Part shown: positions 40,199 to 50,205 of the stretch, in pieces
How the letters are laid out: every line of letters begins with the position of its first letter
How positions within the stretch are numbered: position 1 is the first letter of the stretch
Assembly (NCBI GenBank): GCA_030765185.1
Contig: JAVCDE010000018.1
Location: 2 to 64,001 of the forward strand
Length of the DNA stretch: 64,000 nt
From: Candidatus Aceula meridiana
GTDB taxonomy: Bacteria; Omnitrophota; Gorgyraeia; Zapsychrales; Aceulaceae
Direction of reading: 5' to 3'
The notes under the pieces: model-generated
What the model was told of the DNA's origin: nothing
What the model saw: the letters and a program-made list of their open reading frames with translations, nothing else
The model's database searches: none
Made by a program: the position numbers and the translations under genes

Positions 40199-41800
40199 AT
40201 GAACCCTATTACATTTTTTCAGCTTCTATGCTCTCTCATAATCCTAGGAGCTGGTGTATTTGTTTTAATAAAAGATTATAGGTCGCGCATAAATCAAATA
40301 TTCTTTCTTATGTGCAGCTCGACCACGTTATGGCTTTCATATTGCTCCATTATGTTTTGGAAAGGAATAGAACATACAGAAATTCCTTTTTTTGTTAAAC
40401 TTTCTTATTGTGGAATAACTTTTATTCCAGTTTTTGTCAATCACTTCAGCTGTCTTTTTACGAATAATCGCTATATAAAGAAAATTCTCCCCTTTACGTA
40501 TTCCTATGCCTTTCTTTCCTGTTTTTTAATATTAAAAACAAAATTTATTATAAAAGATATCAAGCACTTTTCGTGGGGACCTTATCCACAAGCTGGTATT
40601 TTTCACCCCATCTATCTAACAATTTTTATAGGAATAATTATACATACGGTCCTGACCTTATTCTATTCTTTGAAAGACCCAAGAAGATATTCCTCAAAAT
40701 CAGTTCAAGAAAAACACATACTACTGCTTGGATTCATGCTTTTTAGCCTAGGTTCTTTAGATTTTATCCCTAATTACGGAATTAGTATGCGTCCGCTAGG
40801 GTTTATTCCAGCAACAATTTTTATTTTTATATTTGCTTATGCGATAATAAAACATCATATCTTAGATATAAATCTTTTTATAAAAAAAGGGATTATCTAT
40901 TCTTTTTTAATTGTTTTTATCACATTCTTATATTTTGCTTTAATACTGATTGCTGAAAAAATACTGCAAGGAATCGTTGGGTATCGGTCTTTTTCAATCA
41001 GCGTCTTAACGGCATTTACCTTAGGTATATTATTTATTCCTTTAAGAAATAAGATTCAATATTTTGTTGATCGCATATTTTATAGAGGCTCTCAAGAAGA
41101 AATTGCCCGAGAAAATGAACTCTTACGCCAAGAATTAGCGCAAACAGAAAAACTTAAGGCAGTTGCTGCTCTAGCCAGCGGAATGAGTCACGAAATCAAA
41201 AATCCGTTGACGGCGATCAAGACTTTTACAGAATATCTGCCCGAAAAAAAAGACGATAAGGAATTCTTGGATAAATTTGCAAAAATTGTGGGAAAGGAGG
41301 TCGACCGCATTGACGATATTGTCCACCAACTCTTAGAGTTTGCAAAACCTTCTCCCTTTTCCTTTAAGGAAACCAATATTCATAAACTCCTTGATGAGAC
41401 AATAGACTTCTTAAACAGCAAGCTAATTAAGAATAAAATTAAAATTTTAAAAAAATATTCAGAAAATAGCGCGCCCCTTGAAGCTGACCCTGGCAAGCTT
41501 AAACAAGCATTTCTAAACATCCTTCTTAATGCTATTGAGGCCATGCCTATTGGTGGTATTCTTGAAATTCACACGGAAAGCAATAGCGATAAATTGACGA
41601 TCAGTATAGTAGATATAGGCCCCGGCATCTCTAAAAAAGATCTTAAAAATATCTTTGATCCTTTTTATACAAAAAAAGATGGCGGAACAGGATTAGGATT
41701 ATCTATTACTCAGAGAATTATTTCGGAACACAACGGAAGAATTTGGGCGGAAAGCAAAACCGGGCAGGGCGCAAAATTTGTAATCGAATTACCTCTTTAA
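40199..41800 (+). CDS. Sensor histidine kinase with an N-terminal 7TM sensor domain
   Basis: Seven N-terminal TM helices. HisKA H-box (AALASGMSHEIKNPLTAIKTF). HATPase_c N, G1 and G2 boxes (LLNAIEAM, VDIGPGI, GGTGLGLS). Confidence 0.8.
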   Translation: MNPITFFQLLCSLIILGAGVFVLIKDYRSRINQIFFLMCSSTTLWLSYCSIMFWKGIEHTEIPFFVKLSYCGITFIPVFVNHFSCLFTNNRYIKKILPFTYSYAFLSCFLILKTKFIIKDIKHFSWGPYPQAGIFHPIYLTIFIGIIIHTVLTLFYSLKDPRRYSSKSVQEKHILLLGFMLFSLGSLDFIPNYGISMRPLGFIPATIFIFIFAYAIIKHHILDINLFIKKGIIYSFLIVFITFLYFALILIAEKILQGIVGYRSFSISVLTAFTLGILFIPLRNKIQYFVDRIFYRGSQEEIARENELLRQELAQTEKLKAVAALASGMSHEIKNPLTAIKTFTEYLPEKKDDKEFLDKFAKIVGKEVDRIDDIVHQLLEFAKPSPFSFKETNIHKLLDETIDFLNSKLIKNKIKILKKYSENSAPLEADPGKLKQAFLNILLNAIEAMPIGGILEIHTESNSDKLTISIVDIGPGISKKDLKNIFDPFYTKKDGGTGLGLSITQRIISEHNGRIWAESKTGQGAKFVIELPL

Positions 41801-42981
41801 ATCTCACCTTTTTTCAGCAGCTTGGCAAAAGCTTCAGCAACAAAAGGATTAAACTGTATTCCGGAATTCTTGGAAATCTCTTCTCTTGCCTCGTCGTGGC
41901 TTAAGGCCTTTCGGTAGGGTCGGTCTGTGGTCATAGCATCAAAAGTATCTGCCACGGCAATAACCGCAGCCATTAATGGAATTTCTTCACCTTTTAATCC
42001 GGCCGGATATCCCTTGCCGTCGTATCGTTCATGATGATGTTTCACACCTTTTAAGGGTTCTTCAAATTCAGGAAGGGTTTTAAGAATCTCAGCCCCTCTT
42101 GCCGGGTGCTCCTTAATCTGATCATATTCTTCATCAGTGAGTTTATCTGTTTTGCAGAGAATCTGCTCCGGCACAGCAATTTTTCCAATGTCATGTAAGA
42201 GCCCTGCGATATATAAATTCTCAAGAAACTTCTTAGGGAGATCAACTTTCCCGCTCTTTGAAAGCTCTTCAGCAACAGCCATAGAATACTTTGTAACACG
42301 CTCTGTGTGACCGCGCGTATATTTATCCTTGGCCTCAATGGTTGAGGCTAGAGAAAGCGTTGTGTTAATAAACAAAATCCTGTTCCGCTCGACTTCTTTG
42401 CGCAGGTCATCGATAAGCTGAGAATTCTGAAGAGCCATTGCCACATTAGACGCCAAGGCCGATAAGAAATCAAGCTCCTCTTGATCGTATCCTTCATTGG
42501 TAGATTTTTCGCCTAACAAAAGAAGCGCTAAAAGGTTGTTATGAAAATATGACGGAACACACGTTAAAACATTAAACATTCCCATTTGGCGGATAACGCT
42601 ATTTAAAAATTCCTTTTTTTCCTTTTCGCTGGCTAAAACGCTCTCTTGCCAAATCAATTTGTTTAAATCCGAGACAACTAAATACCCTTTTTTGGCAAAT
42701 TGCTCCCGGTATTGCTTTTCAGTAAAAAGTTTTACCAAAGGATTATCTTTTTTAAACTTCGCAAAACCAGGTGGGATTTTCATCCCTTCTTTTCCGCCGG
42801 AGATGGTTAGAACATAGCAATCCTTTTCAGGCTGATAAAGCAAAACACCGGCATGCTTGGCATGAACCTTGCGTACAATCAAGCGAATAATCAGCTTAAT
42901 CAAAAGATTAGGATCATGAATCAAAATCATGCCCCTTGAGGCGTTTTCAAGTTCTTTTTTGTAGTTAAGTTTTGTTAGCAT
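41797..42981 (-). CDS. HD-GYP domain phosphodiesterase with an N-terminal GAF-like domain
   Basis: HTERVTKYSMAVAEEL...IAGLLHDIGKIAVP...HHERYDGKGYP. Confidence 0.85.
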   Translation of the reverse strand: MLTKLNYKKELENASRGMILIHDPNLLIKLIIRLIVRKVHAKHAGVLLYQPEKDCYVLTISGGKEGMKIPPGFAKFKKDNPLVKLFTEKQYREQFAKKGYLVVSDLNKLIWQESVLASEKEKKEFLNSVIRQMGMFNVLTCVPSYFHNNLLALLLLGEKSTNEGYDQEELDFLSALASNVAMALQNSQLIDDLRKEVERNRILFINTTLSLASTIEAKDKYTRGHTERVTKYSMAVAEELSKSGKVDLPKKFLENLYIAGLLHDIGKIAVPEQILCKTDKLTDEEYDQIKEHPARGAEILKTLPEFEEPLKGVKHHHERYDGKGYPAGLKGEEIPLMAAVIAVADTFDAMTTDRPYRKALSHDEAREEISKNSGIQFNPFVAEAFAKLLKKGEI

Positions 42982-43131
42982 AATAAAATAGGGTTAGAGA
43001 ATTAAAGGACTAAAGGGTTAGAGTATTTAGTCATTAGTGTATAGAAGATGGTATTTAATAAAAGCTAAAACAAAATGACCACTACATACTCTATGCCACA
43101 TACTAAAGACTATTTAAAAGCTCACTTATCC

Positions 43132-43506
43132 CTACTCTTTCCTTCCCAATTCCTTCATCACAATCTGCTCAAGTTCATCTAACGCTAAGGGCTTATGGAC
43201 ATAGCCTGTAACACCTAGGCTTTCAACTTCGCTGATAACTTCTGGGTCTTCAACTCCGGTTACCATAATAATCTTAACTTGATTCCCTTGTTTGCGCAAG
43301 GTCCTTAAGGTATCTACCCCACTTAACTCTCCCATGCGCACGTCTAAAAGCATAAGGTCCGGTGTTTCTTTTTCAAGGATGCTAAGCGCTTCTTTCCCGC
43401 CGGAAGCTGTTAAGACATCGATTTTTCGTTTTTGAAAGAAGTTTTTTGCAAACTCCCGAACATCTGATTCGTCATCAACAATAAGTAATTTTGGCATCGT
43501 AGTCAC
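43132..43506 (-). CDS. Stand-alone response-regulator receiver
   Basis: KLLIVDDESDVRE...DLMLLDVRMGELSGVDTLRTLR...VKIIMVTG...TGYVHKP. Confidence 0.8.
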   Translation of the reverse strand: MTTMPKLLIVDDESDVREFAKNFFQKRKIDVLTASGGKEALSILEKETPDLMLLDVRMGELSGVDTLRTLRKQGNQVKIIMVTGVEDPEVISEVESLGVTGYVHKPLALDELEQIVMKELGRKE

Positions 43507-43607
43507 CTCCTGTGACAGTATTTAGTATGTAGTATTTGGTATACAGCACGTAGGGTTTCTTTATTTTTGCTAAATGCTACATACGAACGACTAAATATTT
43601 AATTTTC

Positions 43608-45800
43608 TTATTTCTTAACAATTGGCACTTTTATAACAGTTAAAGTTCCTACCATATATTCACTCGACATAAAAACACGTCCATGGTGGTTTTCTTCGAC
43701 GATCTTTCGCATAACATACAGGCCTAATCCGGTACCTTTCTTGCTAGATAACTTTGTTGTAAAGAATGGTGTAAAAAGCTTAATTTGATCCTCATCCTTG
43801 ACGCCAATCCCATTATCTAAAACATTGATTTCTAAAAAGCCGTCTGTCTGGCGCGTTGAGACTTTAATTTTTCCTTTATAATTTGAATCATCAACCTCTG
43901 CTTTTCTCTGCTGAACTGCATCATAGGAATTGTCAATGATGTTAAAGAAAACTTCTTGAAGTTGTGTAAAATTACCATAAATCTTAGGAATATCTTTCAA
44001 ATAATCTTTAACAATCGAAAGCTGATCTTTTTTAATCTTAAACTGTGCCATTTCAACTGATGCGTCAACAAGCTTATCAAAGTCAACAGGGCCAAAACCT
44101 TCCTCGCCTTTTCGCGTATAACGCAAAAGACCTTGGACAATCTCGCCACCTTGTCGGACATTATCCTGAATTTTTAAAAGCGCGCCCATGATATCGCGTA
44201 AAAGATCGCGAATCCCCTCTGGGGCAATTTCTGCTTCTTTGCTCTTTAGCTTTATAGAATCTAGCGCATCACCTGCAATAAACCCCAGAGCGTGCAAACG
44301 GTTATTAATCTGATGTGATAGACCATCTGCCATTGTCCCGATAGTAGCCATTTTTTCAGCCTGAAAAAGCTGTGCCTGAGTCTTCTTTGATTCTTCGTAA
44401 AATTGAGCATTCTCAATAGCAAGTGCTACCTGATTTCCTAAAATAGCAAAAACTGCTAAATCGTCTGGAGTATACATTTCCTTAGATTTTTTCTTTCCCA
44501 AAATACCAAAAGCAATCAGACTTTTATCTGTGGCGATAGGGACCACAACCTCAGCCTCTAATTCTCTTAATTTTAATTCAACTTCTTTAAGTTTTTTATC
44601 GCTGAAGTCGTGCATCTTCTGTTTTATCTCTTCATAAACAATAGGGACGCCGGCTTTGTCCAAATATTTTATAAACGGTGAATTCTCAGCAATAAAACTA
44701 TTCTGCTCTTCTCTTTCTTTTCCTCTTGTGGCCTCAAGTACGTATTCTCTTTTATTCTCATCATAAAGATAAATCAAGCAATGGTTAAGATTAATCGCGC
44801 GTGATAAAATATAAACAATGAGATTAAGCAGCCTTTTTAAATCTTTAATGCGAGACATGCCCGCAGATGCCTGACGCAAAGTCGACTGATACCGCCTTTG
44901 ATCCCGCAAAAGTCGGTCTTCTGTCTTCTTTTGAAGAAAAAGATAAAGGAATGGGCCGGCTGTGGCTAAAGCGGTTGAACTGATCAGTGGCACTGTCCAC
45001 CAATTCTGGCCCATCAGCTCAATGAGCTTCTCCCTCCAGCCAAAAGCAATAGCAAAAGGGGTACCGAGAACAAGAGAGTAGACAGCAATAAATATTCCAG
45101 TACGGGTAATTGCAATAGATACATCCATTAATCTATATTTCAAAATCGCATAAGAAAAAACTAGTGGATACGCTGTCATGCAGAGAAATCCTATGGGTGG
45201 GAAATTAATTCCATAGCTTGGCAAAAAATCAAGAATTGACGTTGATCCAACTAAGGTGCCGGCAAGAACATATTTTACCCTCTGAAATTTTGTTGATCCT
45301 GATTCATGCCTCATTTTAAATAAATAAACCGCCATCAATGCCATAGAAATCCAGAAGAGAAGAACTAAATATATTAGAAATAGCACATGGATTAGGTGTC
45401 GCGTGTTTGGGAAGAAACCCCACCAATCATAATAATAAAGATCCAAAATAAGTGATTTCTTAAAGACATGAATTATCAAGAATATTAAAGCAATTGTCCA
45501 ATTAAAAACTTTTAATATTTTATCCCGTTTTATCCCAATTAAAACGGAAGTAAAAAAATAGAAGCTAGCCGGCATAAAAATAATGCCATAATAGCCAAAA
45601 TTAAACCATTGCAATTTTATAGTTGGATTATCTGCTTTATATGCAATTGCAAATGAGAATAACCATAAAAAACTAGAAAAACCAAAAGCTGCGAATGCTT
45701 TATTGATTAAACTTTTACGATTTTTTAAAAATACAAAGAAATTAAAGAATAAACTTATCAATGCGGCTAAAAAGAAGAATATATACTTATATTTTAACAT
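43608..45800 (-). CDS. Sensor histidine kinase: N-terminal 7TM sensor, GAF, HisKA and HATPase_c
   Basis: The 7TM region is paralogous to 40199-41800 (LDFLPSYGINFPPIGF versus LDFIPNYGISMRPLGF). GAF-like middle region. H-box ADGLSHQINNRLHAL. Classic G-boxes (VLDNGIGV, GTGLGLY). Confidence 0.8.
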   Translation of the reverse strand: MLKYKYIFFFLAALISLFFNFFVFLKNRKSLINKAFAAFGFSSFLWLFSFAIAYKADNPTIKLQWFNFGYYGIIFMPASFYFFTSVLIGIKRDKILKVFNWTIALIFLIIHVFKKSLILDLYYYDWWGFFPNTRHLIHVLFLIYLVLLFWISMALMAVYLFKMRHESGSTKFQRVKYVLAGTLVGSTSILDFLPSYGINFPPIGFLCMTAYPLVFSYAILKYRLMDVSIAITRTGIFIAVYSLVLGTPFAIAFGWREKLIELMGQNWWTVPLISSTALATAGPFLYLFLQKKTEDRLLRDQRRYQSTLRQASAGMSRIKDLKRLLNLIVYILSRAINLNHCLIYLYDENKREYVLEATRGKEREEQNSFIAENSPFIKYLDKAGVPIVYEEIKQKMHDFSDKKLKEVELKLRELEAEVVVPIATDKSLIAFGILGKKKSKEMYTPDDLAVFAILGNQVALAIENAQFYEESKKTQAQLFQAEKMATIGTMADGLSHQINNRLHALGFIAGDALDSIKLKSKEAEIAPEGIRDLLRDIMGALLKIQDNVRQGGEIVQGLLRYTRKGEEGFGPVDFDKLVDASVEMAQFKIKKDQLSIVKDYLKDIPKIYGNFTQLQEVFFNIIDNSYDAVQQRKAEVDDSNYKGKIKVSTRQTDGFLEINVLDNGIGVKDEDQIKLFTPFFTTKLSSKKGTGLGLYVMRKIVEENHHGRVFMSSEYMVGTLTVIKVPIVKK

Positions 45801-45802
45801 AA

Positions 45803-46891
45803 CTAAATTTTATCAGCCTTCGTTATATACCCAGCATTATGACAATAAGAAAATATTTCTAGAAAATACCGATTGTTAATTCTTGGATAAAAGAAATTAT
45901 ACCTACCTAATACTTCCCGAGTGTGTTCCGAACAAAAAATACATTTAAAATTAAAATAGTGAATGTACGGCTCTACCATTCTTTTTTGTACGAAAGTTAT
46001 TTCTTTGAAATCAAATTTCTCTATAGGTATAAACTTAGGATTTCTAAAATTAAAGAAGATTGCAGCTAAGTCAAGGAATTTTCCACAATGAGAATTATTT
46101 GGACTCATGATATGAAATACGTTATTTTCCTCTACGTTCTTGCTTAAAACAAAGATTGCTTTTGCCGCAACATCTACTGGTATAAAATTATGGATAGTCT
46201 GCCTATTTGCGGGAACTTCTTTTAAAATTCCTTTCGAAAATATCCGCATGGGTTCATATATCATTTTAAATTTATTAATTTTCCCATCTTTATAAGATCC
46301 CATGATAACGCTCGGTCGGAAAATTAAATAACAAAACTTATTGTTCACATTCTTTCTGACTAACTTTTCTGCCTCAAACTTACTATACTCGTAATAATTA
46401 CCGAATCGCTGGTCAACATCAAAATCGCGCTCTGAAAATCTCCCATCGTGATTACCTGCGATGAAAGCTGTACCGATATAATTAAATTTCTCAATTACTT
46501 TTGAATTGTTAGCTAGCGATAAAATATTCCGCGTAGTATCTATATTAGATTTAATTGCTTCTTTTTTACTTATACGAAAATCTGTAGCAGCAGCACAGTG
46601 ATAAATAGAATTTATCTTTGAAGCCAATTTGGAATAATTAAACTTATTTAATCCTAAATCCCGATCGGATAGATCCCCTCGAAGCACAACAATCCTATCT
46701 AAGAATTTCTCGCATCCGATGCTACGCATGAGAACAAGGCCCCGCTTCTGGGCTTGCTTTTGATTCTTAGCTCTAATAATTAAATTTATAATAGAAACGG
46801 TTTCGTTAAGAAGTACTTTTAAAATCTGCGCTCCGAGCACACCAGTTGCGCCCGTTAACAAAATATTAGAAAAGCACGATTTCTTGCCCAT
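45803..46891 (-). CDS. NAD_binding_4 (thioester/fatty-acyl reductase-like, male-sterility family) oxidoreductase
   Basis: LLTGATGVLGAQILKVLL...VLRGDLSDRDLGL...INSIYHCAAATDF...YSKFEAE, a YxxxK-type extended SDR of the acyl-reductase family. Confidence 0.6.
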   Translation of the reverse strand: MGKKSCFSNILLTGATGVLGAQILKVLLNETVSIINLIIRAKNQKQAQKRGLVLMRSIGCEKFLDRIVVLRGDLSDRDLGLNKFNYSKLASKINSIYHCAAATDFRISKKEAIKSNIDTTRNILSLANNSKVIEKFNYIGTAFIAGNHDGRFSERDFDVDQRFGNYYEYSKFEAEKLVRKNVNNKFCYLIFRPSVIMGSYKDGKINKFKMIYEPMRIFSKGILKEVPANRQTIHNFIPVDVAAKAIFVLSKNVEENNVFHIMSPNNSHCGKFLDLAAIFFNFRNPKFIPIEKFDFKEITFVQKRMVEPYIHYFNFKCIFCSEHTREVLGRYNFFYPRINNRYFLEIFSYCHNAGYITKADKI

Positions 46892-46924
46892 TTAGCACCT
46901 ACAACAGTATCTAACGTTGTTCTA

Positions 46925-48364
46925 TTATATGCTTTTACGCTTTAGTATAATTGCCTTCGCAACCTTTTTCCCAGAAGATGCAGCCATAGCAACGCCGCCG
47001 TTTCCGTATTTTTCTGTTACCCAATGTCCAACAAAGAATAAATTTTTAATAGATTCAAAATTGCTATGTGCGGGATTATTAACATTTTCAACTGTGTTCA
47101 TCCACCCGCAGACCGCACCATTTTTATTCCATGTATATTTTTCAAATAATAAAGAATTGGCATGCCCCTTACAAATTATATGTTTGTGCACATCCGGGAT
47201 TATATTCTTTGCCTGCTCAACTAATCGGTCAGACAACATAGAATTATAATCTTTCCAATAACTTAAGCCATGATGATTTGTACTAGTCATCAGGCGAATA
47301 ATATCCTGACCTGAGGGCATCAAGCTGTCATCTAATTTTGAAGATATCGAACAAAACATTCCTCTGTCCGGGCTTTCTGCCTCATCCGCATCTTTAGAAG
47401 AATATAAACAACGTTTGTTAGGAACATACCAAATCCCTGGGCCTGTATCTAAAGCCTTTTTATATTGCTTGTCTAAAGTCAAATATAAAACAAAATTTGA
47501 ATAAGTTGTTTCTAAGTTTTCTATTTTTCTCAAAAAACGAGAATCTGCTTCTTGCCTTCCTATTAAGTTGATAATTGTGCGAGAAAAATCACAATTTGAT
47601 ACAACGATTTTAGAAAAATAACTACCGCCGTCCTTCAATCTAACGCCATAACATTTCTTATTCTTAATTAAGATCTTAGCCACTTCCTTATTTAGAATAA
47701 CATTGCCCCCTGCCCCAATAAAGGCCTCAAAAAGAGAATCTGGAATTCTCTGTATACCTCCTTCAGGATAATATCCTCCATCGATTATAAACTGCCTAAT
47801 CAAAACAATGGCTGCTACGGCGGAAGTCTTTCTCGCAAAAGATCCTATATTTCCAAGAAAAACTTCGAAAATCGCTTTTAATTGTTCCGACTTAAAGAAA
47901 ATGTTTAGAACGTCTAAAAAAGTATTTCTACGATATCTAAAATATAAAGAAATTAAGCTTTCGCTATATAGTAAATTAAAGAAATCTTGGAGAGACTTCT
48001 TTTCAGTTGGAAATACATTCTGAAAATTATTTATCGTTTTATTTTGATCATTAAAAATATGAAGTTTTCCACTACGAAATATTATTGTATCAGTTGGATC
48101 AGATCGGTTAAACTTTAATTTATTGCTTTTTATTAATTCAGAAAAAATTATATCCAAGATTGATCCACGAGAACAACTTTGTACCGCATGAACTGCCGCA
48201 TCAAAAAGACAGCCTCTTCTTTTAAAAGATACGCAATACCCACCCGGTTGAGGATTTTTCTCGACAATAAGCACCTTCATCCCAGCTTTTGCTAAATAAC
48301 AACCGCATACTAAGCCGCCGATCCCCGCCCCAACGATTATTGCATCATAATTATTCTTTTTCAT
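46925..48364 (-). CDS. FAD-dependent oxidoreductase, phytoene-desaturase-like (CrtI/COG1233 family)
   Basis: N-terminal dinucleotide-binding motif YDAIIVGAGIGGLVCGCYLAKAGMKVLIVEKNPQPGGYC, and a C-terminal amine-oxidase-like region. Confidence 0.7.
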   Translation of the reverse strand: MKKNNYDAIIVGAGIGGLVCGCYLAKAGMKVLIVEKNPQPGGYCVSFKRRGCLFDAAVHAVQSCSRGSILDIIFSELIKSNKLKFNRSDPTDTIIFRSGKLHIFNDQNKTINNFQNVFPTEKKSLQDFFNLLYSESLISLYFRYRRNTFLDVLNIFFKSEQLKAIFEVFLGNIGSFARKTSAVAAIVLIRQFIIDGGYYPEGGIQRIPDSLFEAFIGAGGNVILNKEVAKILIKNKKCYGVRLKDGGSYFSKIVVSNCDFSRTIINLIGRQEADSRFLRKIENLETTYSNFVLYLTLDKQYKKALDTGPGIWYVPNKRCLYSSKDADEAESPDRGMFCSISSKLDDSLMPSGQDIIRLMTSTNHHGLSYWKDYNSMLSDRLVEQAKNIIPDVHKHIICKGHANSLLFEKYTWNKNGAVCGWMNTVENVNNPAHSNFESIKNLFFVGHWVTEKYGNGGVAMAASSGKKVAKAIILKRKSI

Positions 48365-48366
48365 TC

Positions 48367-49593
48367 TTAGTTAGCCTGCCTTAATATTAAACACGCATTA
48401 TTCCCGCCAAAAGCCTGAGAATTATTTAGCGCTGTTTTTACTTTATGATTTTTGGCTTTATTTGCAACACAATCGATGTCACATTCCTCATCTTTTGTTG
48501 TGAAATTTGTAGTTGGCGGAATCTTTCCTTTTTTTATAGATAAACAGCATACAACCGCTTCTATGGCGGCGGCAGCCCCTAGGGTATGACCCAGCATAGA
48601 CTTGATTGAGCTAATCGGAATTTTCTTTGACCTTTGCCCAAAAACATCAAAAATTGCCCTGCATTCAGCACTATCGTTTTCCTTAGTACCTGTGCCATGG
48701 GCGCTAATATAATCAACCTGATCCGGACTAATAGCAGAATTTTTAAGCGCTTTTCGGGTAGCTTTTAATATCTGCTCGCTGGCAGAAGCTGTCATGCTGT
48801 TGGCATCGCAAGAAAGCCCATAGCCTAAAATCTCTGCATAAATATTTGCCTTACGTTTCTGAGCGCTTTCTAGCGATTCTAAAATTAGCATTCCTGCTCC
48901 TTCACCTAACATCATGCCTTTTCTGTTTTTATCAAAAGGTTGACATTTTTCCGGTGCCATAGCTAATAGGCGATGAAAGCCTGTAAAAGCAATCATAGAA
49001 AATGCATCCACTCCACCCGCAAGCATCATGCGTGCTTCACCTTTTCTAATAAGATCGTACGAATAGCCTGTCGCATAATTTCCGGCTGAACACGCATTAC
49101 CAAAAAGCAAACTATCTTTACAAATTTTAAGCTCATGAGAAACATTTAACGTGATTGAATTTGATGGATACGTTAAAGCTGAAATGCTGTCTGCCTTTAA
49201 TCTTCCTTGCGGCATAGAATTGATAATAGCTTCCTCTAGGATCTGAGGCTCCCCCATCGTAGTCCCAAGACAAACACCGGTCCGCTCTTTTGGCAAGGAT
49301 TTAACAGTGAGTCCTGCATCTTTAATGGCTAGCTTTGCTGCGGCAATCGCCATTTGCGACGCGCGGCCCATTTGATTGACTTTTCTCCTATCAATAAATT
49401 GGCACGGATCAAAATTCCTAACCTCTCCGCCATAATGGCGGTCGTATTTCGAAGTATCAAAGCTTTCGATCTTGCTAATACCAGATTTTCCGGCTAAAAG
49501 ATTTTTCCAAAAATCCTGCCAGCCAATGCCGATAGACGATACAACGCCAAGACCGGTTACGACAACTCTCTTTGAATCTGGAATTTTAATCAT
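48367..49593 (-). CDS. Beta-ketoacyl-ACP synthase of the KAS I/II (FabB/FabF) type
   Basis: VVVTGLGVVSSIG. Active-site Cys (NACSAGN) and both His (SAHGTGT; LGHTLGAAAAIE), giving a Cys-His-His triad. Confidence 0.85.
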   Translation of the reverse strand: MIKIPDSKRVVVTGLGVVSSIGIGWQDFWKNLLAGKSGISKIESFDTSKYDRHYGGEVRNFDPCQFIDRRKVNQMGRASQMAIAAAKLAIKDAGLTVKSLPKERTGVCLGTTMGEPQILEEAIINSMPQGRLKADSISALTYPSNSITLNVSHELKICKDSLLFGNACSAGNYATGYSYDLIRKGEARMMLAGGVDAFSMIAFTGFHRLLAMAPEKCQPFDKNRKGMMLGEGAGMLILESLESAQKRKANIYAEILGYGLSCDANSMTASASEQILKATRKALKNSAISPDQVDYISAHGTGTKENDSAECRAIFDVFGQRSKKIPISSIKSMLGHTLGAAAAIEAVVCCLSIKKGKIPPTTNFTTKDEECDIDCVANKAKNHKVKTALNNSQAFGGNNACLILRQAN

Positions 49594-50030
49594 TTTTGCT
49601 TTATGCTATAGAAAATTTTAATTTTTGCAACCGAATCTTCAGAAGCATGAACAGAAATATCAGCATAACCACCGGTTTTAAGCATCTTGCCGGGCAAAAC
49701 TTTCAAGGTAAGTTGATCTCCAATTCTTACTGCAGATATAAATTCTGCCTCGACTTTTCCTATTAAATATAAATTCTTACTTGGTCCTTTTTCTAATTGT
49801 GAAGTCAATAAAAGTGTCGCTTGCGCAGCCGCCTCAATCACAAGCGTTTCCGGAAAAGCTGCTGAACCGCTATCGTTTTCGTTAACAGCCCATTCATTGC
49901 CCGTAATATTTTTAACGGCAACAAGGCTTTCATTTTCTTTATAATCAACGACCTTATCAATCAGCAAAAAAGGATATCTTTGCGGTAAAATTTCTTGAAT
50001 TTCTTTAAAAGTGAGTGTTTTGTCTTCCAT
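49590..50030 (-). CDS. FabZ-like hot-dog fold protein with the canonical catalytic His substituted
   Basis: LPQRYPFLLIDKV...NITGNEW aligns to FabZ. The expected GHFPGNPVMPG block instead reads SAAFPETLV (His to Ala). It overlaps the KAS start. Confidence 0.6.
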   Translation of the reverse strand: MEDKTLTFKEIQEILPQRYPFLLIDKVVDYKENESLVAVKNITGNEWAVNENDSGSAAFPETLVIEAAAQATLLLTSQLEKGPSKNLYLIGKVEAEFISAVRIGDQLTLKVLPGKMLKTGGYADISVHASEDSVAKIKIFYSIKQK

Positions 50031-50112
50031 ATTATGTTAAATATATAAATATATATATTATATATATAGTATATAAGGAAACTATACTGGTTTCATCAAA
50101 AAAGTAGGATTT

Positions 50113-50174
50113 TTAAATGAGTGCCTGATTTGTGAAGCATGAACGACGCTTAGTCAGTCGCACGAATCTATCCC
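50113..50174 (-). promoter_or_regulatory. Conserved ~60-nt leader element, copy A, upstream of the hot-dog/KAS operon
   Basis: About 80% identical to copy B at 53359-53418 (ttaaatgagYgcctgaYtt..gaag...acgacg...agtcagYcgc..tgaatYtatcc). It contains an imperfect hairpin. Confidence 0.5.
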
Positions 50175-50205
50175 AGGAGTGCTTTAAAAACGACGTGGGG
50201 TTTCC

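Noticed and set aside
46917-47249. Plus-strand ORF 46917-47249 and the antisense ORFs within fabD, fabH and plsX (50744-50950, 51523-51729, 51859-52107, 52269-52619)
   Set aside because: They overlap strongly supported minus-strand genes and lack motifs.
49590-50030. Calling the hot-dog protein an ordinary FabZ
   Set aside because: The conserved catalytic His position aligns to Ala (AAFPETLV versus GHFPGNPVMPG). It is left as FabZ-like with uncertain activity.
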